Source: Lama glama (taxonomy: Eukaryota). From it: 64,000 bases of DNA. The notes beneath the pieces were generated by a model. The model was not told where the DNA came from, did no database searches, and saw only the letters and a list, made by a program, of their open reading frames with translations. Every line of letters starts with the position of its first letter. The stretch's first letter is position 1. The DNA lies in NCBI GenBank assembly GCA_028534125.1, contig CM052817.1, positions 71,240,001-71,304,000 on the forward strand. Reading direction: 5' to 3'. Of the stretch, positions 24,542-38,054 are shown piece after piece. The position numbers and the translations under genes were made by a program.

Positions 24542-24604
24542 GTGGTTTTAGAGGAGGAAGAGGTGGAGGTTTCAGAGGAGGAAGAGGGGGTGGTGGTTTC
24601 AGAG
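24542..24604 (+). CDS. GAR1: GAR1 RGG-coding exon (GGFRGGRGGGFRGGRGGGGFR)
   Basis: ttttag|, 63 nt, phase 1/1, |gtgagt. Confidence 0.95.
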
Positions 24605-24970
24605 GTGAGTGAGAAAAATAATCGTTAAATGACCGACTTTCTAGAAATGGTATTGCCTACCATTTTTAATTTTTATTTCCATTTGCCAGCAAGTATATAG
24701 AACACCATGGTGTTCCTTGCTATAGCATAATGTATACCTTCATTTTATATCACTTTTCCCTTTGAATTTTTTTACCCACTTCTGATTTATTTGGCTGTAT
24801 ATTTAATTTGAAAAGCAAAAAAGTATAATATAAGTGACAGTTAAATTTGGTAAAGTAAGTTGGATAATAAGCCTTACAAGAACTAATGCTGATTTTAAAC
24901 TTTTTTGGGTAATAGTGTTATTAAAAATTTACTTTTCTGTACCCTTAATATTTCATTTTCTCTTAATCAG

Positions 24971-24984
24971 GAAGAGGACATTAA
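24971..24984 (+). CDS. GAR1: GAR1 last coding exon (GRGH-stop)
   Basis: aatcag|GA AGA GGA CAT TAA; matches the GAR1 C-terminus FRGRGH. Confidence 0.93.
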
Positions 24985-25217
24985 GTGTAACAGTTGACAG
25001 AGACTTCACCAGTTCACTTCTGCCTCCATGATATACTTCTGTGGGTCAGAAACTTGTTTCTTGGGCCAGTCCTGAAGAACCGATCACTTTATGACAGTGG
25101 AACTCAGATGTCAACATCATGCAAAAATGAGAGCGGCAGAACAGGCAATTTTGCTCTAAAAGAGTATGAATAAGTGTTTTAATGTTTTGTACAATGCTTG
25201 GAACTGTGTGGGTGTTT

Positions 25218-25266
25218 AATAAAGGGACCTCTTTCATTTGAAGTATATTTGAATTTTTAAAATAAA
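25218..25266 (+). terminator. GAR1: GAR1 polyadenylation signals (tandem AATAAA)
   Basis: AATAAA at 25218-25223 and 25261-25266, about 230-280 nt after the stop codon. Confidence 0.7.
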
Positions 25267-28200
25267 GTATCTTATTCCTTTAAGTTATTTAAAGCTGTGT
25301 TTATTAAACCAGAGCTATTTTTGAGGTTAAAAGGAACAACCCAGTAGACTTAAGATAGAAAAGATGATTTGTTTACATATATAACTGATCTTTTTAAAAA
25401 AATAGGCTAGTGGAGCAGTACTTCAACATTATCTATAAATTAACACTCCCTTTCAAAATGTTTGCCTTTTTCATCTGAGAACATCAGTACCCTTTATTGT
25501 ATTTTCCCTTTTGTGTGTTAGTACATAAATCAAAGTTAGTAAAGCAGCTTCTCTAATTACAATTAATAATTGATTAGAAAATTTCAGTATTGAGTATGAC
25601 CATTAAAGTTGGAACAGCTCTATTCAAGTTGAGAACTAAAAGTCCAAGACATTTCTAAAGAAATGTTTAATTTCTCTCATTTAACATAGTTGGAATGTTG
25701 AAAGCTTTAATGAATGTTTTAATTTTACCTTTTCTAAGGGACTCGGGTTTAAGATGTTATTCACCGTAAATAAATATTTGATTCCCTGCTGCATGTTCAG
25801 ATTCCTGGGTAGGGACGTAGCAAGTGAAATTGGTTTTGGTCCTCATTGCTAATGTAGTTTCAAGACGTAGCCATGAAAGCAAGTTAGAATACTGTGATAT
25901 AGGGTAATTTTCCTTGCCATTAAATTTCCCCCCTTCACGTGTTCATTCTCAGAAAGAATGCTATTACCATATCTTTTCTTAAATTTTCTAGCATGCTATA
26001 CCTAATATTTGGTTAACCCCTGATGCTTGTTTGAGTAGCATATAGTATTGCCTAAGTCAGTATTTGGAGTTTTACTTACCCTTTTCGATTAATGGAGTTG
26101 CAGCAGGATTAATAAATATGTGAGCCATAAAGTATATATAATGAACAAATGTTGAAAATTATTTTTTCACAGGAAAAAGTAATTGTGCTTTTACAGCTTG
26201 GGAAAGGAGGCTGATTTAGAATCCTTGGGTTGAAATTTTCAATGAGAGTTAGGGTCAGAGTTTTTACTCTTGTATTGCAAAAGACATAGCACTAGAGTGG
26301 CAATGGTATTGTCCCAGGGACAAATAATAGTACAATGTTCCAATGCTTTTTTTTTTAAACATTTAAAAAAAGTGTAAAATGGCTATGATGGAAATAATAT
26401 ACAGGTTGGTAGACAAACCACTTGAGATTTTACTTTTTACTTTAGGTATATGTTTTAGTCATTAGCCATCTTTAAACTTTTATTTCCACATCTTATTTTT
26501 CCCTTTTCTTCCTTACAGTGGTTCTTTCTGGGTTTCCTTTGGGGCATTTGATTTTGAATCAAGTTCATATGTTTAGGGAGCCTAAATAACATTAATGCAT
26601 TTGTACTGTGGTATCACTGAGTTCCATTGTAAAAGACACTTTGATGATTATTCACATATTAAATCTTTTGAGTGGTTAACTTTCTGAATGCTTGCATCAT
26701 GCCAAAATAAAATGCACTTGTTGCCATAGCATTAAAAAAGTTTAGTGGAATACAACAAGCAATATTTCCTAATATTCCTGAAAATTTGGGAAGAGCTATG
26801 AAAGGAGGATTGGCTTTAGGCCAGTTGAAGTTTATGAAATTAAAAGAATCATAAGCTGTGTAAACATGATAAGCTTATAGTTGTGTTTCTTAGTGCTCTG
26901 AGCCTCATCCCAGTATCGTTTTTCTGTATCACTCAAGAAGGAAGCATAAAAAAGCACTTTGCACCTACCACATTCATGATCTGTGAAATTTTTTATCTAC
27001 AGCAAAAAGCTGTCCATCTTTGGAATTATTTTTCTTTATTTCTTATGAATAGAAATAATTATTTCTGGAAATTTTAAGTGGGTGCTACAACTAGGCATAA
27101 TCTGTTACAGAAAAGGAAGCGGCTATGATCCAGAGCAAACTCAAAACATTTTTGTTTCATTCTATATAGTGAATGCAAAAAAAAAAAAAAGAGAGACTTA
27201 AAACCCAGTTTTTAAAAGGGAGAGTTCCTCTTAGATTATGTTTATTGCTTTAGGGTCATATGAAAATATTTTGATACTGAAATTCTAATGAGATTCACTT
27301 TCTTAGTATAGATGCTCTTCAGAATTACTTTACATTTATAAAAATGTGAATACTAGTAGCTATAAGATCTGGGACAGATCAACCAACCTGGTTCAGCTTC
27401 TTCAGTGTATACAAGTATATAGCTGAGAGAACTGAGGCTAAAAGATTATCTTGCGTCTCTTCCTGCTATGCCATTCTAAAAATGTATAAAATTAAATTAA
27501 GTGGGTAAATACAGCCCTCTAGTGGTTCTGTGATGTGCTTACACTGTTAACTATGGCACATCTAGCATTTCTCTAAATTACTGATTTTTAAGAAATTCCC
27601 TATTGAAAAGGATCAGATTTCTATAATATTACATGACATAACGAACATGAAGGGAAAAGGTGGTAGGGATATCTTATTCTAATAGTAAATGTCCATGTCA
27701 GATTGTCACTCACTTACGTAACCCACTTTTTGAGTTATAACAAGATAATCCAGAATATTTGAATAGCCCTGTACCTAACAAGGTGGATGACTGAATCTAG
27801 ATACTTCAATAGGTATATGCTGTGATTATTACCAGAAAGTTATGCATATCAAAGTGTAGGATAAATTAACTGAGGTGGATTGTGAAGTAGATCATGCTGT
27901 ATCCATGCTTTGAAATACATAGCTATTACTTAGATTTAGGTTTATTGACCTGGAATTTATGGTTTGGCTTTAGGGTAGAACAAATTACAGAATAATTTTA
28001 TGTATACATATCTCCTCATTTTTGAAAAGAATAGAAGTGAAAAGAAAGTAGAGGAAACCTCTGTTATATGAATATATGTTGTATAAGCAAACTAAAGCAG
28101 AAAGAATGTACACCAGACAATATTATAGCGTTTAGGGAAGTGAGATTTGGAAGGATGGGGGGATTAACTTCTTTACTTATCTCTAATTTAAATTGTTATG

Positions 28201-28678
28201 GAAAAAAACAGAAGGAACTGAAATAGAAAACTTGAAAGGGTCAACAGAAAACAGTGACCTTAATCTGAATAGTTTTGGAGGGCTAAGGCTGGCTCTTAAT
28301 ATCAGAACTGATTTCCAGCAGAAATCAGTTAAATCAGGTCCTGCACTGATTTTCTGAGTTTGTTTATTGTTTAAATGGGATGTGTGCACTTGAAAAGCTC
28401 CTTAGATATAAGGCTGATTCCCAAACTAGTTAAAATATGTGGTGCTTGGTATTTCTCTTCATTTTGCTAATAAGCTTTTCCCTTGTCCTGGGAATTAAAA
28501 TCCTTTCCTCTTTAGCCCAATTAAATTTGTTAAGGGAGGGCCTCTATTAAAAGGCCCTTCTTTGAGGTCTTTAAGTGGAAATGATTGGTTCTGAAAATTC
28601 TTCCCTCAGTGGCTTTTAAAACATTTCATAGACACTGAAGGCTCATTATGAAGGTTCTCTCAATATCTTCCCTCCGAA

Positions 28679-28784
28679 ATGCTAAGGAATAATTTAGGCA
28701 ACAGTTCAGACTCTAAAAATGAATATGGCTCGGTCTTTTCACAGGCTGAACACAATATTGTTGCAGCTTACTTGATTACAGCAG
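28679..28784 (+). CDS. RRH: Peropsin exon 1 (MLRNNLGNSSDSKNEYGSVFSQAEHNIVAAYLITA)
   Basis: ATG at 28679, 106 nt, |gtatgg; matches the peropsin N-terminus with NSS sequon. Not in the ORF track. Confidence 0.95.
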
Positions 28785-29997
28785 GTATGGATGTTTACTC
28801 CATTAATAGTCATTTTGCTTTCTAATGAGTGAAGAAAAGCAGAGGTTTTCAGCATAAGCTAGTAGAAAAAGCATGGGTTCAGAGATAATGTTTCAAGTTC
28901 TATATTGTTGGCCAAACTGGACAAGTCACTTACCTTTTTTTGAGCTGGGGTTCATGTGATGAGTAAGGATAATACTTGCTCTATTTACCGGCTATAATGA
29001 TCGAATAAGGGAATGTAGGTGAGAGGATAGATGAAAGAATTGTTAATGGTGGTTAATGTCACAAGTTATTTTGAATTTTGATAAACAGCAGTGAAGTGGG
29101 GCTGAGAAATGTTTTATATAAAATGAATAATTTTTATGATCATATATTTGGTTATTACATTGTCAAATTTTTACTGGGGAAGAGTGTGCTCCATGGCAAA
29201 AATGTATTTTTATGGCATTTCATGTTCTCACACATACTTTCTGTGGTTTTGTCCTTGGTGGTAGAATCTAGTTAAGATTGAAAGATCCTGGAAAGGAAAT
29301 TAAAGTTGTAAAAAGAGAGAGCCGAGTGTATTGTCAGGACAAGGTTTGAAAATTCAGCTCATTTTCAAGTGCTGTATTGGAAAACTCCTGAGCTTTGTAT
29401 TTAATCTTTTAGTATCTTTGCACCAGTGAGCCAGTTCCTTCATCTTTTTATTTTTCCATTTTCATATCTGTAAAATGAGAATAAGAATAAGCTACCTGTC
29501 ACAATTGTTGTGAAAAGTAAAATAATGCACAAATATACCTAAATGATATATAAAGTGGATGTTGGGTAAATATTTGTTTCTTTCCTCCCACCTACACACA
29601 TTCAATGATGCATATATTGGATTAAGAAAAAGGCTGTTTGCTGAAGAAAAGGGATGGGGAAAATGAGAGTGGAAGTTCTCTGATTATCTTTTTTATGTAT
29701 AGGTTGAATTGTAGTCTTAATTTTATGCTGAGCAGACACTTCATTTTCAACTTTATGCTCAATAATGAGTTTTAGAAGCAACTCTTATATTGGGTTTATT
29801 ATTATTTTTGTATTGAGTTATGAAAATTTTCAAATATGTTCAAAAGTAGAGTAAAAGTATAACAAATCCTACTGTACCCAGTTTTTTTTTAAATAATTGC
29901 TTAGTTTTCCCGTAATTCACAGTTAGAGTATTGTCTGTGCTAGAAATTACGGTTCCTCAGTTAATTTTTGTAAATTTTAATGACATGCAAACTTTTT

Positions 29998-30542
29998 AAA
30001 AAAATTGAAGTATAGTTGATTTACAGTGTGTTAGTTTTTGTTGTACAGCAAAGAGATTCAGTATTGTGTGTACATATATATTATATATATATATAAAATA
30101 TATGTGTATATATTTTCATATTATTTTCCATTATGGTTTGTTACAGGATATTGAATACAGTTCCCTGTTCTATACAGTAGGACCTTGTTTATTATCTATT
30201 TTATATGTAGCAGTGTGTATCTGCTAATCCCAAACTTCTAATTTATCCCTCCTCTACCCCTTTTCCCCTTTGGTAACCATAAGTTTGTTTTCTATGTCTG
30301 TGAATCCATTTCTGTTTTGTAAATAAGTTCTTCTGCATCATATTTTAGATTGCACATATGAATGATATCATATAATACTTGTCTTTTTCTGACTTACTTA
30401 GTATGATAATCTCTAGTTCTATCCCTGTTGCTGCAAATGGTATTATTTCATTCTATTTTATGGCTGAGTAGTATTCTATTGTATGTATATACCACATCTT
30501 TATCTAGTCCTCTGTTGATGGACGTTTAGGTTTCTTCCAGTT
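29998..30542 (-). mobile_element. 5'-truncated L1 3' end with TSD
   Basis: Same family as 39672-40256; TSD acatgc(a/t)aacttttt at 29983-29997 and 30543-30557. Confidence 0.88.
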
Positions 30543-30852
30543 ACATGCTAACTTTTTCAGTTGAATACCTGTGTATGATAATACCAGCACTAGACAAATT
30601 CTGTTTTCTTTTGATTGTTTTTTGTTGTTGTTGCAACAAAAAGGAAAAAATAGGTACTTAAAGAGGTAATCTCCATGTCACAATTACATAGGAATATTTT
30701 GTATACAAACTTTTGATTTAGTTAATTTTTGTTAGTTTGTGGTAGAGGACCAAGAAAAGCAATCTCTTTTGATCTGGTTACAAAAAGATTTCCTGTTAAG
30801 AAAACATTCTCTCTGGTTCTTAGTCCTATAATAGTCATTGTAGTCTTACTGT

Positions 30853-30911
30853 AACAACAACTACTACTACGACTACGACCAAGACCACCACTGCTGCTGC
30901 TGCTACTACTA
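30853..30911. repeat. Compound trinucleotide microsatellite (AAC/CTA/CGA/CCA/CTG)
   Basis: Seen directly, at the edge of a MIR. Confidence 0.85.
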
Positions 30912-31479
30912 ATGTTATTATTTGAATACTTGGTATATACCAAGCACTGTTCTAAATATTTACACGCATGGAATAATTCACCTTTATACTAATTCAGTTA
31001 GTGAATTAGTTTTGTTTTCCCTGTTTATACAGATGAAGAGCTTAAATAAGTTGCCCAACATGCACATCTACTAAGTAGCTACAGCAGGATTTGAACTTAG
31101 ATATTTTGGTTCTGGAGCCCTCACATATATCCACAAGTGTCAATTTTATCAATACCATGAGTATGTATTTGTGTTTTTAGTAGATGAACTGAAGGGAGCA
31201 CATCTAACCTCTTCATGTTTTTATTTAAACATTTATTGTACTTTTGGCCCCTTAACCCCCTGCCCCCATATAACAAAGCTCACTTAAATCTCCAAATCAA
31301 AACCAAAACTATGAGATAAAGAGTTTAGTCAAAGCATTCATTTCACTTATTACTTTTACGGAGAGCCTTTTTAGATTTTTCATTTTAAATTTAATTTTTA
31401 ATTTAATATTTCTCTTAGATTTTAGCTCTTACAAACTTCTACCATCCAAACTCTGTTTCTTTAGTTAAGGCCAGGGTCC

Positions 31480-33170
31480 AAGAGGGCATGGTGAGTTAAG
31501 GATCTGAAATAGATTTATTGTGGATGAATTGTAGAATGAAGGGTAAGAGAGATTAGGCTGGGAGGATAACTCCATACCAGATAATAAACAACCTAAGCTG
31601 TAAAGGCAATAGGGGTCACTGAATGACATGATCCAATTTGCATTTTAGAAATGTGCTGTAGTCGTAGCTAGGAGACCATGTAGGAGGCTACTGTGTGATT
31701 AAGAAGGCTCCTGAGGAGGAAACAGTGACAATGGAGACAGAAAGAAGTAGACACATTGAAGAGCTAGACGTTAGAATTGATGGCTGGATGTGGAGACTAG
31801 GGAAGAAGTGAAGGAGCATCAAAGGTGACAACTAGGTTTCTTTCCTGGGTTGCTGGTTAGATGGTAAAGCTATTCACCGAGATGGGAAAACACTTGGGGA
31901 AGAACAGATTTGGGGCAGAAGAGAAAATCTCTGAGTTCATTTGGAGAGAAGTTACATAGAAAGCTGGACACATGGGTTTAAATTTCATGAGATTGATCTG
32001 GAAAGTATCAGAATATAACTTTGGATATGTATGAAGTCACTCAGTGTATGTTGAATGTGAAAAGACGGAGGTCTAGGGCAGAAGCTTGTCTAGGGCAATG
32101 CATGTATTTAATAAGGTAGAGATGAAGAAAAAAGGCCAGGAAGTAGATTAATGAAGGATCTGCCAAAGAGATTGGAGGAAATCCACAGAAGCCAAGGGGG
32201 AATTAACTGAATTTAGACCTAACTATAAATGATCTCTGGTTTACTCATTAGGAAACACCTACAGCTAGAAAATAAAGCAGAGTGCTTGAGACAGTTGCAG
32301 AGCAAATAGAGAAAAGGGCTAAATTGTTTATCTTGTTCCCCTTATTATATCTAAGACCTCCCCAAAGTACAGTTACTTTATTCTGGTTGCATCCTTGGTA
32401 GGCAACAATTTACTGCACTGTGTTTTTACTTGAATTTTTAAAATCATCAAATTTATAGCTAGCCCAGAAAGATTCTTTAATTCATTAAGCTTTTTGGAGC
32501 TACAATATTAGATGCAAAAAATTGAGCCAAAGAATCATCAAATTTGCTGTCATTGTGCCAGATTATGCTTGTAAGAATAATAGATACTAAGCAACATGAA
32601 TTTTAGTTGTTGTCTGTTTATTAAATAAATTTATTATATGTCACATACTCAACATGGAAGTTATTAGAAGCCTGAAAGCTACATGAGAAGACTAGGAATA
32701 TGTAAGAGTTAAGTAATATAGCATCATGTAAGATAAAGTGTATAAAAACAAGTACTTTGAGGATTTAGAGAAGAGAGATCACTGTGGTAGGACAAGCCTT
32801 TGGGGTAGAATTGGGCTTGAACAGAATTTTGAAGATGGGTAGCATTTGGATAAGTAGAAGAAAGGAGTAGGGTGTTCTAAGCAGGAGAAAACAGGAGTTG
32901 AAATTTACCACAAACCTGGTGTATTTGATAAATCACTAGAGTGGAGGGCTTGTTTGACAAGTGTGGAAATTTGCTTAGGGTGAAAACAGATTGGAATATC
33001 AAGCTGGGACATGTGGACTTTTATCCCCCAGACATTGGGGAGTATTGGAGGTTTTGAGGAAAAGAGCTTTGGTTAATTTTATGTTGCAGCGAGCATATTC
33101 TGCCAGCAGCACAAGAGGAAAGAACAGAAATCTGGAAGATTAGGTTAATAAGATGCTAAACCGAAGTTTT
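31480..33170 (-). mobile_element. L2 remnants (two blocks, about 31480-32200 and 32700-33170)
   Basis: Antisense L2 motifs (gacatgatccaatttgcattttag, gcatcaaaggtgacaactaggtttc, tattcaccgagatggg). Confidence 0.6.
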
Positions 33171-34340
33171 GACCAAAGTGCCAAGATATAGAATAGAAGT
33201 TCTTCCTTAGCTGACACCTTTGTGTGTCAGTGCTTGGAAACCTTCCCTCTCTCCGGCAATAGTTGGGGGCTGCTCCACCAGAGTTCTCTTCATGCTGGTG
33301 AACACAACTCTGTTCCTTTTGTTGCTTACCGCTCCTTTAGCCCATAGGAATCTGGTAATGACTCTAGCCTCTCTCAGCTCAAATCTATTCATCCCCCATC
33401 CCCAGCATTAGGACCTAGTATGGCCCACATCTGGTTTATGGGAAGCATATGCATCCTTTTTTGTATATAGGGGTTAATTAGTCAGGCACATCCAGTCCAC
33501 TCAGCAATTTCTTTTTGTAAATTAATACACTGGCATTCAGATTAAGAAGTTCAGTCATCAGTCTACTTGAATCCAGCCACTTCTAGGGCACAGGCAACAT
33601 TCAGTTTCTGGACCCGCAGGGCTAAGAATCAGATCCCAGGTTGTGAAGACTTGACTAGGGTGATATCACCTGTGAGGCTTCTCAGTGGACTTGAAAGCCA
33701 GCTTTGACTTCCTCTCTGGACCAAACCTTGCAGTGTGCATTCTTCTATAGAGGAGTGTGTGTATGTGTGTGTGTGAGATGAAGAATTCAGATTTGAACAT
33801 GTTGAGTTTCAAGTTTAGAACATCGTATGATCTTACATATCATAGATGCTCAATAAACGTTTAATGGTAATAAGTTGTATGAAAAGGGATGTGGGATAGG
33901 AGCATGGATCAGGGCTAGAAAGTGACAGAGAGCTGTTAGGACAACTGAGACTTGAAAAACTATAGAGAAAGAAGAGCCTCAGGCATCAGGAAGGAGGAGG
34001 AGGGAATTAAGCTGCCAAAGGCGATTGTATGATCATACATACATCCTAAAAATGTCTAAAAATCAGCAGTGGTAGTATTATGAAATGCAGAGGAGGAATT
34101 TCAAGGACAGAGTGATCTGCAACTGGCAGATTCTTTGTGTTTTAATTTTTATATTTCTATTTCACAAAAGAACTGTGAAGATATTACAACTAGTTTTACA
34201 AACAGCTGGACCTCTTCAAATAAGTAAACCAAAATGGATTTGCTGTGTTTTTGAAGGAGCTTAAATATTTGTGAAAAAATACTTCTACAAGTTCAAATTA
34301 ACAAAGTGTGTGATTTTTGTTTGTTTGTTTGTATTCTCAG

Positions 34341-34531
34341 GTGTGATAAGTATTCTCAGCAACATAATAGTTTTGGGCATCTTCGTTAAGTACAAGGAGC
34401 TTCGGACACCCACAAATGCAATTATCATTAACCTGGCTGTTACTGATATAGGGGTCAGTAGCATTGGCTATCCCATGTCTGCTGCTTCAGATCTGTATGG
34501 AAGTTGGAAATTTGGATATGCAGGATGTCAG
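34341..34531 (+). CDS. RRH: Peropsin exon 2 (TM1-TM2)
   Basis: tctcag|, 191 nt, LRTPTNAIIINLAVTD opsin motif, |gtattg. Confidence 0.97.
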
Positions 34532-35079
34532 GTATTGGGGATCTTAAGAATCAAAGCAAAATAAAGTAGATTAAAAAGATGTAATTTGTGTCTTCAAAAA
34601 ATTCCAAGAGTTTCAATCAAATAAGATCACGTAGGATAACAGATACGGTGTCCTCTGAAAATTTCCGGGGTGACTCGGAAATACATTCTTTAACAAGAGA
34701 AATGAAATCACTAGCCATAATAGTTTCAAAATTCCCCCAATCCAAAGGAAAAAGACTAAACTAACAAAAAATTAGCACTCACCTAGAGAAGAAAAGTGAA
34801 CATATGCATATTCAAATAAAAACTTGTGTGTTGCAAATTCAAAAAGAAATAACGCTGCTTTCATTTGAAATAATATTTAATGACTATATCATAATGTATA
34901 AGTAATGTAGTTAAACTACGAATTGCTGACTTTTTCCTATGGAAGTTTCTCCATGAGAATTCCTATTAAATATATCCATGAGTTTTACTGACAAGAAAAT
35001 AAATTAATGTTAAGTTGCATTAATGACTTGGCCTTTTTTTTTTTTAACAGTTTGCCATTTTAAGCTATATATAGAGGGT

Positions 35080-36000
35080 AAGATGAGAGAACGAGAAAAT
35101 AATGAATGCCCATGTGTGCACCAACCAGTTTTGTCAAATCTTAATGTTTTGCAATATGTGCTTCAGATTGCTTTTTTTTTAATAGTATAAAATTTTACAG
35201 ATACTGTTGAAGTCTGTTGCATACCATCCACAATCTTACTCCTTTCTCTCTCATGAATGTTTTTCTATCTTACTACATATTATATGTTCATAAACTTGAC
35301 ACTGTCTGAATGTTTTGAATTTTGTATAAATAATATCATATTGTTTGCATTATGCTATTTTCTTCTATTATCCAATCTTATGTTTTGAAGTATATGCATG
35401 TTGATGCATATAGCTGTAAGTCACTCATTTTAACTGCTACACGATATTCCATTTTATGAACATATACATGTATTTATTCATTTTCCTAATATTGATCATT
35501 GTTCCCATTTTTTAAATCACAAATAAGGTTTCAATAAATGTTCTTATGTATGTCTCTTTCTGCAATATGTGAGAGTTTCCTTAGGTACATTACTAGGAGA
35601 GGGATGGTTTGGTTTGTAGATAATGTTCATCTTGACCTTTATCAAATATGACCAAATTGCTCTCCAAAATAATTATGCCAATTATGAGAACCTGTGTTAC
35701 TCTACATTATCCCCAGTGCTTGGGATTGTCAGACTTTTAAATCTGTAGTAAAATAGTATCTTATAATTTGCATGTTTTGAATATTTAATGTGGTTGTACA
35801 TCTTATATCATAAACACTCAGATTTCCTCTTGTATGAATAGCCTGTTTTTCTGTTTGTCTTTTCCCCCTGTTGAATTGTCTATCTTGTGAAACCTAGTCT
35901 TTTGTTGGATATGTACTGCACCTAATTTATGGCTTGTTTTTGCACTCTTATAGAGTATGTATAGAAGTTTTACTTTAAGTCTTGATATTTTCTAAGAAGT
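35080..36000 (-). mobile_element. Old L1 (L1ME-like) 3' region
   Basis: T-rich; motifs cattttaactgct, ccaaattgctctccaaaat, ttgtcagacttttaaat. Confidence 0.6.
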
Positions 36001-36191
36001 TTGATTAGTGAAGTCCCAAAATATTTTTATAAATCCCTTTATTGAACAACTTAACATTTAACAATAGATGTTGTATTTTTAAATCAGTAAAAAAAAATTC
36101 AGTGTATTTTAAATATATTCTAGCAATGGGATGTAAATTTCTTTTGGGAGGGTGTGCAGAATGGTGGATTCTTTCCAATTTTGATTTTCAG

Positions 36192-36291
36192 ATTTATGCT
36201 GGCTTGAATATCTTTTTTGGAATGGCAAGTATTGGATTGCTCACTGTTGTGGCCATGGATCGATACCTGACCATTTGCCGTCCTGATGCAG
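36192..36291 (+). CDS. RRH: Peropsin exon 3 (TM3, DRY motif)
   Basis: tttcag|, 100 nt, IYAGLNIFFGMASIGLLTVVAMDRYLTIC, |gtacag. Confidence 0.97.
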
Positions 36292-36822
36292 GTACAGCAC
36301 TTCTGTTAGCTTTCCCTTAGTTTTCTTAGTGAACCCATTTCTTGTCCAGGTACCACTCAACACACATTCACTTTAAATGTAAATGTGATGGCTTACAGCC
36401 ATGGTCAGTCTCTGATAATCCTTGATTAGAAGTTTCAATGATTCCTATTAAACCTAGAATAAAATTTAAATTTTATGACACAGCCTCCAAGGCCCCACAT
36501 GACCGGGCCCCTGGCTGCCTTTCCTGCATGGTCTAGGATCCTCTCACTTTGGGGTGTTTGTAGATGCTATTTCCCTAGGCCTGGAAAGTTCTTCTCCTGG
36601 CCAGTCCTCTGGCTGATCTTTTTTATAAATTCAGGTTTCAGCTTAAAGGTCTTTTTTTTTTTTTTTTTCCAGAATGTGAGTTCATGTAGATAGGCTTTGT
36701 GTGAATTAGAGTGCTCTGCAAAGAATCTACTTGATAACAACTTTGAATCATCAGTTAAAACAAAATGAAAATATGAATCTCATCATTGGGAAATGACTCT
36801 AAAATTCCATGTTTGTTCATAG

Positions 36823-36976
36823 GAAGAAGAATGACCACAAACACTTACATCAGCATGATTCTGGGGGCCTGGATCAATGGCCTCTTTTGGGCTTCAATGC
36901 CTATCATTGGGTGGGCTGGTTACGCCCCAGATCCTACTGGGGCCACCTGCACCATAAACTGGCGGCAAAATGATGT
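36823..36976 (+). CDS. RRH: Peropsin exon 4 (TM4, ECL2)
   Basis: tcatag|, 154 nt, GWAGYAPDPTGATCTINW, |gtaaga. Confidence 0.97.
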
Positions 36977-37514
36977 GTAAGAGACATGTTTACACTTTTT
37001 AATCAAATGTTTCTAATGTAGACATTTCTCACCATTTCAAATTAAAACTCAGATCAATTGTTTCTTATGCAGAATGTGGCAAATGGCTTCCTTGGTACAG
37101 ACTATGTGATTCTAGCCAAAGATGAGTTGAGAAAAGTAAATTACGCTTGTTGGCAAGGAAAGGTCATCCAGCTCCCCTTGTCCCCCTGCTCTGTTCCTTC
37201 CTCTCTCCCTTCTTGCAGAGAAGGGGGTGCAGAGCATCCTTCTGATGTCTGCACCTTAGAGGTAGAACCTGAGGGGTAAAAAGAGTGTTAGTGGAGCTAG
37301 ACAGTGTGCAGAAAGCCCAGATCACTAGATGATCTGGTGATAAAGCATCTTCCGAGAATTATGCAACAAAAGCACTGTCACTGCAAAGATTTGCTTGCTT
37401 ATTAGTGATGCTCTTCCGTGTTTACCAGGGAAAGGGGAATAATTTAGTTCATTAAAGGAAATGAAAGATGACTCAGAGAAACAAATACAAAAATTTCTAA
37501 CTCTCGCACTAAAT

Positions 37515-37720
37515 CTAAATCTTAAATTTTTTCTGTGCAGAGTCGAAAAATAAGCATTTTAGGCTTTACAGGCAAGACTATCTCCATTGCAGCTCTTCAC
37601 CTCTGCCTGTGAAAGCAGCCATAGGCAGTATGTAAATGAATGTGGTTCCAATAAACTTTTCTTTACAAAGAGAGGCCACAGGCTGGATTTGGCCCACAGG
37701 CTAGAGTTTGCCAACCCCTA
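37515..37720. mobile_element. MER58-like hAT MITE
   Basis: attttaggctttacagg...ggttccaataaaacttt...ggctggatttggcccacaggctagagtttgccaacccct. Confidence 0.8.
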
Positions 37721-37885
37721 GTCCAAATGAACTAAAAGTCAAATGTACTTTCTAAGCTATTTAATAATATAATGACTGCTGGGCAGTGCCAGTATAATTT
37801 CTGATAATTATTCTGTTTCCCTTCCTCTATTTATTTAGTATATTGAACGAGTAGTGATTTAATTATTTCCTTTTTAAATTTTCAG

Positions 37886-38054
37886 ATCTTTTGTTTCTTA
37901 CACCATGATGGTGGTTGCAATCAACTTTATTGTGCCCTTGATAGTGATGTTTTACTGCTATTACCATGTCACTCGATCCATTAAATGTCGTGCAACTAGT
38001 AACTGCACTGAGTACCTCAACAGAGATTGGTCAGATCAGGTAGACGTAACAAAG
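37886..38054 (+). CDS. RRH: Peropsin exon 5 (TM5, ICL3)
   Basis: tttcag|, 169 nt, SFVSYTMMVVAINFIVPLIVMFYCYYHV...RDWSDQVDVTK, |gtaaga. Not shown in frame in the ORF track. Confidence 0.96.

Noticed and set aside
33200..33740. GC-richer block in RRH intron 1 with overlapping short ORFs
   Set aside because: Probably an old LTR-type repeat inserted in L2; I could not assign a family or find exon or coding support.
34774..34800. Minus-strand pyrimidine tract with AG|GTGAGT, like a recursive splice site
   Set aside because: Antisense to RRH with no evidence of a minus-strand transcript here; a single motif is expected by chance.
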